A DNA stretch of 63,656 nucleotides, filler included, from Cercozoa sp. M6MM (taxonomy: Eukaryota; Protista; Endomyxa: Ascetosporea), in assembly GCA_040357565.1 (NCBI GenBank). It is 11 parts of 11 records of this genome, joined end to end, with 100 filler letters (N's around TTAATTAATTAA, not from the genome) between each part and the next. Parts side by side here need not be neighbours in the genome. Positions count along the whole stretch, not along the records: positions 1 to 23,260 come from JBDODJ010000173.1; 10 more parts are not named here. One strand, 5' to 3'. The number at the start of each line of letters is the position of its first letter. The first letter of the stretch is position 1. Under the pieces are notes generated by a model, which saw nothing but the letters and a program-made list of their open reading frames with translations, did not search any database and was not told the DNA's origin. Shown here piece by piece: positions 1-11,600 of this stretch. The position numbers were made by a program, and so were the translations under genes.

Positions 1-4
1 GCAC

Positions 5-189
<185 letters not shown>

Positions 190-1128
190 CCGTTCTGGTG
201 AAGGGGAGTAAGACTTCTTGTTGCTGTGGTGTCGTATTGCCCCTGCACAATAGCAGTAGAACAATAGTAGTGTATAGCACAAGGTATCTGCTCTGTCAAA
301 CCATGCACTCGACGAAGTCGCGCCCGTGGACTAGAGTGCCAGTTGGGATTGCGACCCTCCAGACTGCCGCGACGGTGAGCACTAAACAGCAAGAAATGTG
401 CCTCGTGTCTTTTTAGAACATTGTAACGTACTGCATGTAACACGCGTTGCACAAGCGCAGGTTGGTCACTTTGTGCCGACGCCACTGGGTCTAAAACATG
501 ACGAAGCACAAATCGTTTGCACAGGATGTCGGTTATCGCATCGATGTATGTCAGGTACAGAATCACGGAGCTTGCAGTGCGTGCACCAAGGCGAAAATTG
601 TCCCGATTCGTCGTACTACAGGCAGAAATGAAGAATCACTGATAAAGAAGCGTCTTACACTGTTGCGACGGCAGTGTTCTCTCATGGATGCGAGCTTAAT
701 AGCACAAAACAGCAGCATGGCGTATTTCGGTCTGGCTGTATCAATGTATAGCGATAAGATACGATCTGCCCATGCTTGCGAATCTGGCGACTTTCTGTCG
801 ACAGTTTTGATTGCTCGGGTTTCTCTACGCGCCACGAAATGTGACACACTTCAGGAACTTTGCGCTTGAGCGTACCGACAGGAAGAGGCAACTTCAGTTG
901 GTCTTGGAGTTGCAATGCAGCACCGCTTGTCGGAGATGTCTGAGAGTGAATCAATACATAAACTACATTTGCTGCGCACGAGTCGAAGGTACAGCTGGGG
1001 TAGTCACGGGGGTTTCCCGCAGCTTCGGCATAGCCTCTGAAAAAACCAAAGGCTGATCACACTTTTAGTCCTCGAGTTCGTTAAGCGCTTTATCGATACC
1101 ATCATCTTGCATTCGCGACTCGGACATG
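190..1128 (-). CDS. GATA-type zinc-finger protein (spliced; 5' start uncertain, 3' end runs off the window)
   Basis: Exons 615-559 and 490-432 joined at a phase-0 GT-AG intron give WCTHCKLRDS|TQWRRHKVTNLRLCNACYM, i.e. C-X2-C-X18-C-X2-C with the T-x-W-R-R and LCNAC signatures of GATA fingers. Confidence 0.75.
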
Positions 1129-1603
1129 TGGCTGCGCGAAGTTTACAAACCGCTCGTACGGACCTGTCAATTCAGGCCTGGTGTCAGTGAGGAGCACGAT
1201 GCACTAGTGTGACACCTCCGTACTGCTCTAGAGGGCGGGTTGAGCGTCAGATTCCGTTCAACTGACAGCTTCAGGCACACGTGTCAACTACAGGCGATGT
1301 CAGTTTGTCTAAGCCTGTCGTCGGACTTTTTTGGGTGCAATTTCAAGATTCAAACTCATGTAAACTGTAAGTTTCTCTTACATAAAGTCCAGTTAAGGCA
1401 AGAACCACGACACCAACAACAAGGACCGCATTAGTGATGTGGACAATTGATGGCGTACGCCTGCAACGGAGTGCTGCGCTGGTGTCCAGCGCACGTGCGC
1501 CTGAGATACACCGATATCGATACGAGTGTGTCACGGTACTGTACTACGCCAGGGATGCGAGTAAATCAAAACGAAACTGAAGCGAAACGACAGCGACGTG
1601 GTG

Positions 1604-4576
1604 TTACGCGAACTCGACGTGATCGCGCCATTGCGACTCAAAGAAATCGCGCAACTTGTTGTCGTCGTTGCTAGCACTGGCCAGTTTGGCCACGGCGCGC
1701 GCACGCAGCACCTGCACCGAGCGGCCGCAGCGTCGCTCGAGTTGCGCGAACAGCACAAAGCATCGCACCAGATCGTGCGGCGCGTCGCCTCCGAAATCAC
1801 CGTCGGCCACGCACAGCTCACACAGACGACGCATGTGCGCGCGTATCTCTTCGCCATCGCCCTGAGCAGCCACGACACGCAGGGCCGTCTCCAGAAGATG
1901 TGCACTGCGCGGTCGTGACTCGAGCGCGCACAGGGTGGCCTGCTTCAAGAGCTCGCGGGACACGCTGCTCTGTGCCGCCAGCACACGCAGTACACTCTCC
2001 TGTGCAACACAAAAGGCAGATGCACGTTAAAAAACAAAGAACAAAAACCAAAAAATAAAAGGAAAAAAGGACGAATAAATGGAAATCCAAGTCATTGCAA
2101 AAAAGGACGAATAAAAATGGAAATCCAAGTTGCGCTCAGAGTGAGCTGAGTTGTGGATTATCTTCAGGATGATCAGAAGACCGTACACGTTTGCTCTTCA
2201 CCGCACATCGATCTAACACAGTAGCAACACGCAGCGCATGTTTGACAATTTGTCAATTTTTTGCGCGCCACGTCATGGGCCAAAATAATTTGCAACAGCA
2301 CGCAAAAACAACCTAAACCAAAATTTGGTGTTAGCTAAACCCTCCAAATGTACAAACCCTTCAAACCCTTCCGCGCGCGATCGTTTTGTGTGTGTGTGAT
2401 TTTAACGAGATTTTTAGGGCATACCTTAAAGTCACCGCAGTGCAGGGCAGTGTCCTCCCGCAATGCGACCTCACGCATCAAGGCCAATACGCGCTGCTCC
2501 AGCCTTGTGCGGCACTTGCGCAATCGTTTTTGCACCTTGGCATCCTGCAGGCACAGTTGAGTACCACACTGACCTCACGAACTGATGCGTGACGTACCTG
2601 CGCAAGGTGCAGCCGGCGCGTGACACGCAGCAGCTGACTGAGAATGATCTGTAGCAGCGCGTGGAACAAGCGCACTGCAGCCGGGCCGCGCACTCCGCGT
2701 GTACGACGACGCAGTTCCCTCAGCGCCTGCACACACAGGCACATCACGAAGCAAGCTAGCACAAGGTGCAGGTGCAGGGGGAGGGCGACCTCATCGTCAC
2801 TGTCGTTGTTGAGGTCGGTGCAGTTGACATCAACTTCCACGTCGACAGGCGACTCGGAGCGCAGCATCGACACGAGCTGCAGCACGAGACCGACGGCGGT
2901 GTCGCTGCTGGTGTCCGTCAGTGCCGCCAGTGCTCGTCGCAGCACATCGCGTGCCTCTTCGGCCTGTCCCGTCTGCCAAACAAGCACACACAAATACACA
3001 TACACAAGTATATCATCACTCTCAAACACACAGAATGCGGCATGTGATACGATCTGGAGGAAGGAGGCAAACGCGCCGACAGTCTCAAGCTTGAGTGTCT
3101 GCTGCTGGGACACGGCAGTGAGCGCCTTGATGGCCACCTGCAGCAAGAAGGCGGCCTCCTCGTTGTCCGTGCCTTCGCTGTGCCCGGATTGCTCCAGCAG
3201 GTCGAGTCGCTCGCGCACGAAGCGCGCCAACGAGTCGATGAGCGGCACCAGGTCGTCGAACACGGCCAATGCCGCCGCGCTGCCGTGCCGCTGCGCCAGG
3301 TCGTGCGCGCGCGCCACCACCACCACCGGGTGTCGAGGGTACGTCTCCAGCACGTGCTTCCACATGGCTTTGCGCAGACCGTCAAAGTTGCTGTCCTCTG
3401 GCACCAGTTTCTGCAGCACAAACCCTCGGTTGCAAGCACAACCAGCTAGCTCAAATGTTACTACTATACCAACAACTCGACGTGCAACTTGGCCTTTTGG
3501 TCGCTATCGGACAGATCCAGCGCGGCCTTCTTGAAGACCGAGAGTGCTACAACACCTCGCTCTAGTAGCTGCTGCTTCGTGTCAACGACCTTGCGTTTCT
3601 TGGGCGCCGGCTCCGCGCTGTCTTCCTGCGCACTCACAATGAGCTCGTCCTTGGCAGCGTCGTCGATCTCGTCATCGCCGTCGTCGTCGCCTTGCAGCAC
3701 CACACGACGCAGACGCAGTTTCTGCGCGAACGCGAGTTCCAACTGCAGCAGCGCCTTCCACAGCAGCGGCTCTGTCGGCGAGATTCGCAGTGCGCGCATC
3801 AGCAGCTTGCGCGCCGCTGACACGCGACCCTCGTGGTCGAACTCGTGTGCTGCCGAGCGGATCCACAACTCCGGATCACGCGGGTGCAGTGCCAGCGCAC
3901 GTGCCAGCACCTGTGCAGTCAGCACTTTATCGTGTACACTGTGTGCAAGGAGGCAAGGTTAGCGGTACCTGCGAGGCCTTGCTGCGCGCCTTGCGCTGAA
4001 CAAGGAAGTCCGAGTACATGAGCCACAGTCGCGGCTGACCACTGCAGTACAGAGTATTATGCAACTATGGTGCGGCAAGTGTTTTGGTACCTATGTTTGG
4101 CCACAAGACGCTCAAAAATCAGCGTCACCTGTGCATCAACAAGGCCGAGTACACTCGTTATTTACACATCAGACACCTCGAGTTGAGACACACCTGACGC
4201 TGACACATGCGATCACTCATAAGAGGACGCTGCACGTGCTGTCGCTTTTTGCGCAACTTGCGCAGCGCTTCGAGCGTCTAAAGATTACACATATATTCAT
4301 ACAGGACAACAGCAAAAGATGTGCGTACCTGCTCATACTCAATGTAGCGAAGGAACATTTGGACTGGCACGTCCACTCGCTTCAGCGCGTACTCGTGCTT
4401 CTTGCGCTGCAGAACAATGACATAGTGGATACACGGATACACGGGAAATGCTTTGGGTATTGACGTACCTCTAGCGTGATCTGGCGCACCTCCTCGGTTG
4501 TGAACAAGCCATTGTCGATGAGGTCTTCCAGATACGGGAGGGTGTCCTCGATTAACTTCTGGATCTGTTCCGCCAT
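1604..4576 (-). CDS. UTP6: U3 snoRNA-associated protein 6 (HAT repeats), multi-exon
   Basis: N-terminus MAEQIQKLIEDTLPYLEDLIDNGLFTTEEVRQI..RKKHEYALKR..FLRYIEYE matches UTP6; HAT repeats ARALALHPRDPELWIRSAAHEF..ARKLLMRALRISP..LWKALLQLEL. The C-terminal exon assignment (stop at 1604) is inferred. Confidence 0.88.
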
Positions 4577-4908
4577 CGCACAAGACCTTTATTGCGTTCA
4601 GCTCCGCACCGCTGCACACCACAGCGCGCCTCACGGAGCAAAGCATGGTTTCTTTTAAATATTCCGCGCGCTCCAGGTTTTCATAAAATACATTTTTGGC
4701 GTTGCAGGCACTATAACATTTGTCTTTGTCTGATTTATTTTGTGCCTGCACCCATAATTTTAGACCTATCATACATAGTCGGTTTTTTGGGGGTCTTTTG
4801 ACCCGATGACCTCCCGCCTGGAGTGACCTTCCCTGTGCTCAAAAGACGCTCTTACAGGCAGAAAAGCTATAGGAACGCTCCAAGTTAGTTAACGAACGAG
4901 TGGCTGGC

Positions 4909-5769
4909 ATGGGGTCGACGTTCTCATGCGTGCAGGAGCAGAAGCCAGCGCGCGGACTCTCGGAAAGCGAGAAGCTGCGACGCGCACATCGCGAGGAGCT
5001 CTGGCTCAGCAACTCGCTAAAAGAAAGACGCGAGATTCTGCACGAGACACGCGGCGTGCTCGAAGATTTCAGTAGTGGTCAGCAGCAATGGGACAGCGCG
5101 TTACAACTGTTGAATCAGCTGCGCGACACTGTGCGCACCATCGAGCGCTTTGACGAGCACGAATGTGAAAGTACGCCGCACTCGCAGCTGCGCGCACAGA
5201 TCGCAGAATCTGATGAGCGAATTCGCTTGTCGTCGTCAACGCTTGCAGACCTCACTCAGGAACTCAATCGACTGCGTCCGTACCCAAGTCTCACCGAGAG
5301 CAGCCGAAATGAGCTGAAACAAATGCACGACAGCTTGCGAAGCGACGCAACCAAACTCGGAGAGTGCCGGCAAGCGATGCACAAGCTACTGGTGCGAAAG
5401 CGCGAACTTGAAACTGCCGCCAGTGCTGTCAACGATCAAATGCAGGCAGAAATTGAGCGAGGCGAGCAGCTTGACACGGAGTACCGGGACCTTGCGGAGC
5501 AAGAAGAGCAAATGCCGTCGCGACTCGAGCAAGCGCGCATGCAGCATCGCATTGCGCTCGCCAACCTGAAGAAGAGCGAGAAACAAACTTCGCGCTTGCG
5601 TCGCATGGAGGATCAACTTCGTCGCCGCGGTCTGTGGCGCCCTGCGCGCTCAGGCACACGTCCAAGTAGCCCGTACTCTGTGGCTCCGGGTCCCTCACTC
5701 AATCTCGCTGCTTGGTACAAAACCAGGGTTATTGGACAATGGGGAACTTGGCAGATGTTCGTTCGCTAA
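4909..5769 (+). CDS. Coiled-coil protein with predicted N-myristoylation/palmitoylation start (MGSTFSC); C-terminus may be spliced
   Basis: ~285-codon uninterrupted ORF rich in E/Q/R/L heptads; ATG at 4909 gives M-G-x-x-x-S-C. Confidence 0.7.
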   Translation: MGSTFSCVQEQKPARGLSESEKLRRAHREELWLSNSLKERREILHETRGVLEDFSSGQQQWDSALQLLNQLRDTVRTIERFDEHECESTPHSQLRAQIAESDERIRLSSSTLADLTQELNRLRPYPSLTESSRNELKQMHDSLRSDATKLGECRQAMHKLLVRKRELETAASAVNDQMQAEIERGEQLDTEYRDLAEQEEQMPSRLEQARMQHRIALANLKKSEKQTSRLRRMEDQLRRRGLWRPARSGTRPSSPYSVAPGPSLNLAAWYKTRVIGQWGTWQMFVR

Positions 5770-6296
5770 CAGATCGCGCAGGATGCACTGAATCAACACT
5801 ATCATACCCAATCACTCCTGGGCTAGACGGACGCCGTCGAAATTTCGTTTTCCGGCGGAGTCCTGTAGCTAGTAGTCGATTTACCGTTGACACTTTCAGT
5901 TGTGAGTTTAGTCTACGAAGAAACCAAGGATGTAGTCGCCGCCCGCTCATGACACTGTACAGTAAGTTTACTCCATCAGGCCATCCGCGACGGACTCCCA
6001 TGTTATTGTATGGCTCTGGCTTGGTACAGATGGCGGGCTTGGATAGGAGACGAAATCCGACGTTATATGTAGGCACCGCCCACCGTGTCCTAACGTAATT
6101 GATAGACAAGCACAAACTCCAAACAGGAAGGAAAAACCTGAAGCACGTAACGTAAACTCAACTGGTTACCGCCCGTTCGTTTCGAATTTTACTATAGTGC
6201 GCCTAGTGCGCGCAGGCTATGCTGCCAGGCTGGACAAAATTAAACGAGACTAACTCAGGCACGTATACAGACTAGAAAGCGTCCGCGGCGGTCGGG

Positions 6297-7877
6297 TTAC
6301 AGCTCATCACGCGCCCGTCGCATGATCTTGCGGAGACGCGCAGCCTCCTTCTGATCGTACTTGGCCTTTGCAGCCTCGCAGGTCTGCAACACCTTCTGCG
6401 CGAGCGCGTGCTGTGTTCCACACAGAGAAGGTCACGAGTCTCAGGGGAGAGCAATTTCAGAGAGAGCAAGTGGGGTACAGCAGGGTCGTCCTGGTGCGTC
6501 GCCGCGACCCGGGCAGCGTCGATGGCATCTGCGTACTCCTGCAATGCATATGCTGGGATAACACGCACTTCAGGTAGTTATGAGCGAGCGTAGAAGTAGG
6601 TGCCTTCACTGCAAGCAGAGCGCGTGCCTTCCACAGGAGCGCCTTGACGTGGTCGTCCTTGCTCTTGAGTGCCTCCACTGCGCACAGGGTCAGGAGGATC
6701 ACCAGGGGTGACAGGACGGAAAGAGGATCCCACCAGCCGAGTCACGAGCCTGCTTGAACTCCTGTCGCTTGTAGTGCGCCATGGCCATGTTGGTGTACAC
6801 CTGGCACAGCAACAGGCGCGCCTCGGCATCCTCCACCTTGTCGGCGTCGTATTTGAACGGTTCCACCGCTATGTCCATACAAGTGCCAAGTGTGTACTCC
6901 ATGTGCACGAACCAGTACACACCAGTACACACGCGTACCTTGGACATACTTGTCGAGAGCACGGCCCAGATTGCCGGCCTTGAGCAACTCGTTTCCGGCC
7001 GCCTTGCGGTTCTGCACGCGCTCCAGTTTCTCCTCGTGCGACATGTCCTGTCCAGAAGATCGATCCACAGGGTACCACAGGGAGGATGAGGGGGGCGTAC
7101 CCAAGTCTTCTTGGCCGGCACGAGCTCCTTCAGCGTGAGTCTGTACTGCACGGCCTCCTCCTGCGTATCCTCTACAGGAGGGGGTAAAAGGGTAACGGTT
7201 AAGGGAAGAAAAGGTACCGCACACGACGCCCTCGGTTTCGTGGGTGTACTGCGAAGGCACCTTAATCACGATACGCGAGGTTTCGCCCTAGGCAAAAAAG
7301 AGGTAAGCTAGGCAGACGGGGGGGGGGGGGCCAAAGGAGCCTACCTGCTTCATCTCGCGCACAGCCTCGCGAATGCCCTTGATGACGTGCTCGGCGTCGT
7401 CCAGCAGCGGCAGGTGCAGCGTCTGCGTTTCACCCTGCTGCGGCGTGAGTTGCGTCACCTCAAGCGTCACTTCGTCTAAAGGCAGGGAGGATGGGAGGGG
7501 TGAGGGTCAAGATGGAGCTGGTACAGAGACCCGAGGCCTACCAAGCAGTTCGGGCGTATCGTAGCCAGAGCCTTCCATTTCGATCTCGCGCTGCACGGCG
7601 CCGTCCGAGGTCACCTTCTTCAGCGACGTCCAGCTCAGCAGTTCCACCTACACACACACACACACACATATATACCTATACACACACACACATATACCTA
7701 TACATATAGATATATGTACTACCTCAAACTTGAGCGTGGCGCCGGCCGGAATCTTGCCCTGCGCGCGGTCTCCGTAGGCGTAGTCGGCACGGCAGGTGAG
7801 CACGCACTTCTCGCCCTTCTTCATCGTGGCCACACCGAGGTCCCAGCCCTGTGTCGACTCAAACGTGGTACAGTCTC

Positions 7878-7922
<45 letters not shown>

Positions 7923-8103
7923 GCACACACACACACGCACACATGGTCTTGTCTTGTCGAGGGACCTTGATCACTTGACCCTTGCCCAGCGCAAACGAGA
8001 ACGGCGAGTTGCGGTCGCGCGACGAGTCGAACTTGGTGCCGTCCAGCAGCGTGCCCACGTAGTGCACGCTCACATCGGCTGCACCGAACGGACATGACAC
8101 ACT

Positions 8104-8151
<48 letters not shown>

Positions 8152-8161
8152 NNNNNNNNNN

Positions 8162-8211
<50 letters not shown>

Positions 8212-8321
8212 ATAAAGGAGAGACAGCACATACCACCAGTGTTGGGCGTGGCCTCGCCGACGCCCTCGACAAGGATCTCCTTGGTAACACCGCCGTCGCT
8301 CGTGATCTCGAGGATGCTCAT
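6297..8321 (-). CDS. FKBP-type peptidyl-prolyl isomerase with second FKBP-like domain and TPRs (FKBP4/5, ROF-like)
   Basis: Spliced: [48 protein letters not shown]|[23 protein letters not shown]|VELL; TPR region [36 protein letters not shown]; ends RRARDEL-TAA. All junctions checked are GT-AG. Confidence 0.93.
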
Positions 8322-8643
8322 CTGTGCAAGCAGTCCGCGTTTTCTAACCTGCGACTTAAAACAGGACTGTCGAGACTACCAGACCGGTCGGTACAGTAGA
8401 TTTCAGAATGCGCACACTGCTGAGCTCCGTCAAGTCGCTTAGTTTTGCTGCAGCGAAACTTCGCTGGTTTTCTAAAGGCTGTATCCTGTCTTTTATGATA
8501 TACGGCAGTGTGCCTGCAAGTGCTTTTGCAATTTTGTCGGTAGTTTAGTGCACGAAATTCTAATTCTACGTGTTCCTGCTTTATCTACGCGATTTGTCCA
8601 AATAATCTCACAAAGGTGATCGGATGCTCGACATGGGCACTCT

Positions 8644-11600
8644 TTAATCGTAGTCGCGCGCTGCTGCCAGTTGTCTTGTCTTGTTGTGGTCTGCCTCAAA
8701 CACGCTTTGCACGAGCGTCATGCGGCGACGTACCTTGTTGCTTGTCCGACGCTGAAGCTCTCGCACAGCCTCAGGAAGACCAGAGTCGTAGTCGTCGTCG
8801 TCATCGCTTGAGCTTTCCTGCTGCGCTGCAGACTTGAAAGCGTTGACTCTCCTGCGTGAAGATGCAGCAACTGGAGTGACGACGTTGGGTGCCACTTTAC
8901 TCGGTCGGTGGAAGCGCCGGAAAACTGAAGCAATGCGCGACTGCTTTCGTGCTGAAAAAGAAAATCTGCGGTCGTCAAAAGCACATGCATGAGTCAGAGG
9001 GAGTACTACGTGCGTTGTGGCCTCGCACGCGCGAGTGACGATTGAGAAACCGTGCTTTGGCGCTCTTTGGCGCCGGTGGTTCCTGCTGCTTCTTTTGCTT
9101 GCGTCGCTGCTGCCGTCTATCGTGGCGACGACGCAGAGCATGTGCGCGGCGTGCCTGCTCTTCCGTCTTGCCGGAGGTGATGGCTACTGAGGCCAAGTGC
9201 AGCTGATTCGACACGTGCAGTGCCGTCTTCTGTGTAGATTCACAAGCAAGTATGTGCCTGACAAAAAGTAGTCTGACAGAGAGACAAACTGAGGGTGGGT
9301 ACGAGGTGAGCTCGAAGGGTTCCGTGCCGTCCCAGACGTAGCTGATACACCCACGAAAACAGCGATAGAAAGGTCGGTAGCGATGCCACCAACGAGGGCA
9401 GCAGCACCACGTACAGTACCACCTGTATTTGTGCACAGACATACAGACAGTACTTCGTTCTTCCGAATAGCACATAAACAAGGTCATAGTAGCTAGCAGA
9501 GCTACCTTTTGAGGTGAGAATATCCACGCCAAATACAGCGAACCGCCGCTGCAGATCAAAATGAAGCCAATCACCAGAAGCCACTTTTGCAACGCGAGCT
9601 TTTGCTTGAGTCGCCTTTGCTTCGATTCAGACGACGAAGTCTGCGACTTTGTGCCTGAGAGCAGTATCGTCATTAAATACCAAACAGGCCCAAATGTACG
9701 AGGCGTTCGCGTACCCCAGCTGAGATCATCGAGCCGCGAGACGGCGTAGTTCGTGTTCACAATGGTCCAGCCTTGCATCACGATGAAGCGGTAGAAGATC
9801 GACTTGAGCTATGGTCACATAGCACCATAAGACGAAAGTGGTACAACTCAGATACGTATACCGACAGAGAGAGAAGCGAAGAGTCGGGCAAATTGCCGCT
9901 GGCTCGCACCACAAGCACCGGGGATGCAGCGTTGGCCACGAAGAAGGGCATGATGATCGCCGCCATGTGCCAGGACTGTAGTGACCCGACGATAGTCTTG
10001 TTCGGCGGCCACAGTGTTGAAAATGACAGTATCATCACCAGCAAGGACTCAAAGGAGAAGACGATCCACGTCCAGCGGTGTAGTCGCTGTACTCCTGGCC
10101 GCTTGACGTCGCACAGCACTCCGAGTAGTACCGATGCGATCCATGTCACTGTAGATGATGTAACAAGGAGAGTTGCGACAACAAGATATTGAGGAAAAGA
10201 GAGTGTACAGTGCGAAAGAACAACGACTACAAAAGCTATCCACGAGTACGCTGACATAGCGGAATCCGAGGCCAGCTCGCCTTGCCATTCGTCCACTGAA
10301 AACACGAAACCGAGCGTGTTCTTGAGTGTTACGTTCTCGACCTCGTCGTTGTGCGGGTTGCTAAACCACAGAGCGAGACCGGGCGCCACGATGCCGTCCA
10401 TCATGCATAGCATCACGAAAGGCGACAGCAGTGCCATTAAGATTACCAGGTTGCTTTGCAGCAGCACCGACGTCATCAACAGTCGCCGGTGCAGTGGTTG
10501 CCGGCTACCCCACCAGAGCCACGAGATCCGACGCAACGACCAGAACATTGCAGCCACGGAACCGTTGGTCCATCGTCTGCACTCAATACCTTCCATAGCT
10601 TCAACCATCACACGGGTGTAGGAATAATATTGGGATAACGTGTTGCACCTTCTTTGTCGAAGAAAGACTGCCAGGGAAGACGGAACATCGGTGAAGGCGT
10701 GTGCGTGTGCCTACTTGTTTACAGGGAGTACAGTAGTGAACGATGTAAATGCCTTGTGGTTCTACCAAAAAAGCGCAGTGGTTGCTCCTTTCGGCCTGGC
10801 AGATCACTGTTTGCGGTAACAGTCGGTCCTCGGCGAGTGCTAGGGTGCGAGCCCACATGGTCGGTCGGCAAGCAGCCAGGGAGTAGAAAATTTCGAGAGG
10901 CCGTCTCTCGCCGGGTGCTACTTCCACGTCGAGAGGCACCCGTCCGTACACGTCGTCATGCAGGTCGTCGCCGTACACTTCGTCCTTTCCCGTAAAGGTA
11001 CTGGAGATAATACGACTACGAGAGACATCCTTTCCGTTGGGTAGTAGGTAGTGCTGCACGGCCGAGACGCTGTCGGGCAATTCGACTAAAACGTTGTGTG
11101 TTGGTATACTCTGCAACCAATGATATCATATGCGAGATGCAACGATGCGCCTGGGATGGTTTACCCGCATACACTCGTGGTGCATGGTACCAATAGGGTG
11201 CGATATCTACCGTCCAAGTCAGAACCCTGTCTTCCAACGACAAGGAGATTCCTACCACCTCTTCGGATTTTCTTGACGTCATCAAGAGCGACAAGAGAAT
11301 CGTCCGCCAAACATGTTTGGAGCACGGGTACTTCGAGCTTGCGTGGTAGAGTTTCCGGCAGAGACGGGCTGCTTTCCGGATCCGTGGAGCTCTGTTGCAG
11401 TACTTTTACTATGTCAAGCTAGAGAAGACCCCTCAACACTCATGTTTACCTCTGACGAAGATTCACGATTCGTTAAAAACGAGCCCATTTCGCCGACTGA
11501 ACTTTGGTTGAACCCTGCTGCTGGCTTCTGCAAAAAAACGGGAGTTCGAGGCACCGACTGCGGCGTGGCCAAACGCTGCGCTCCCACCCACTGCATGTTC

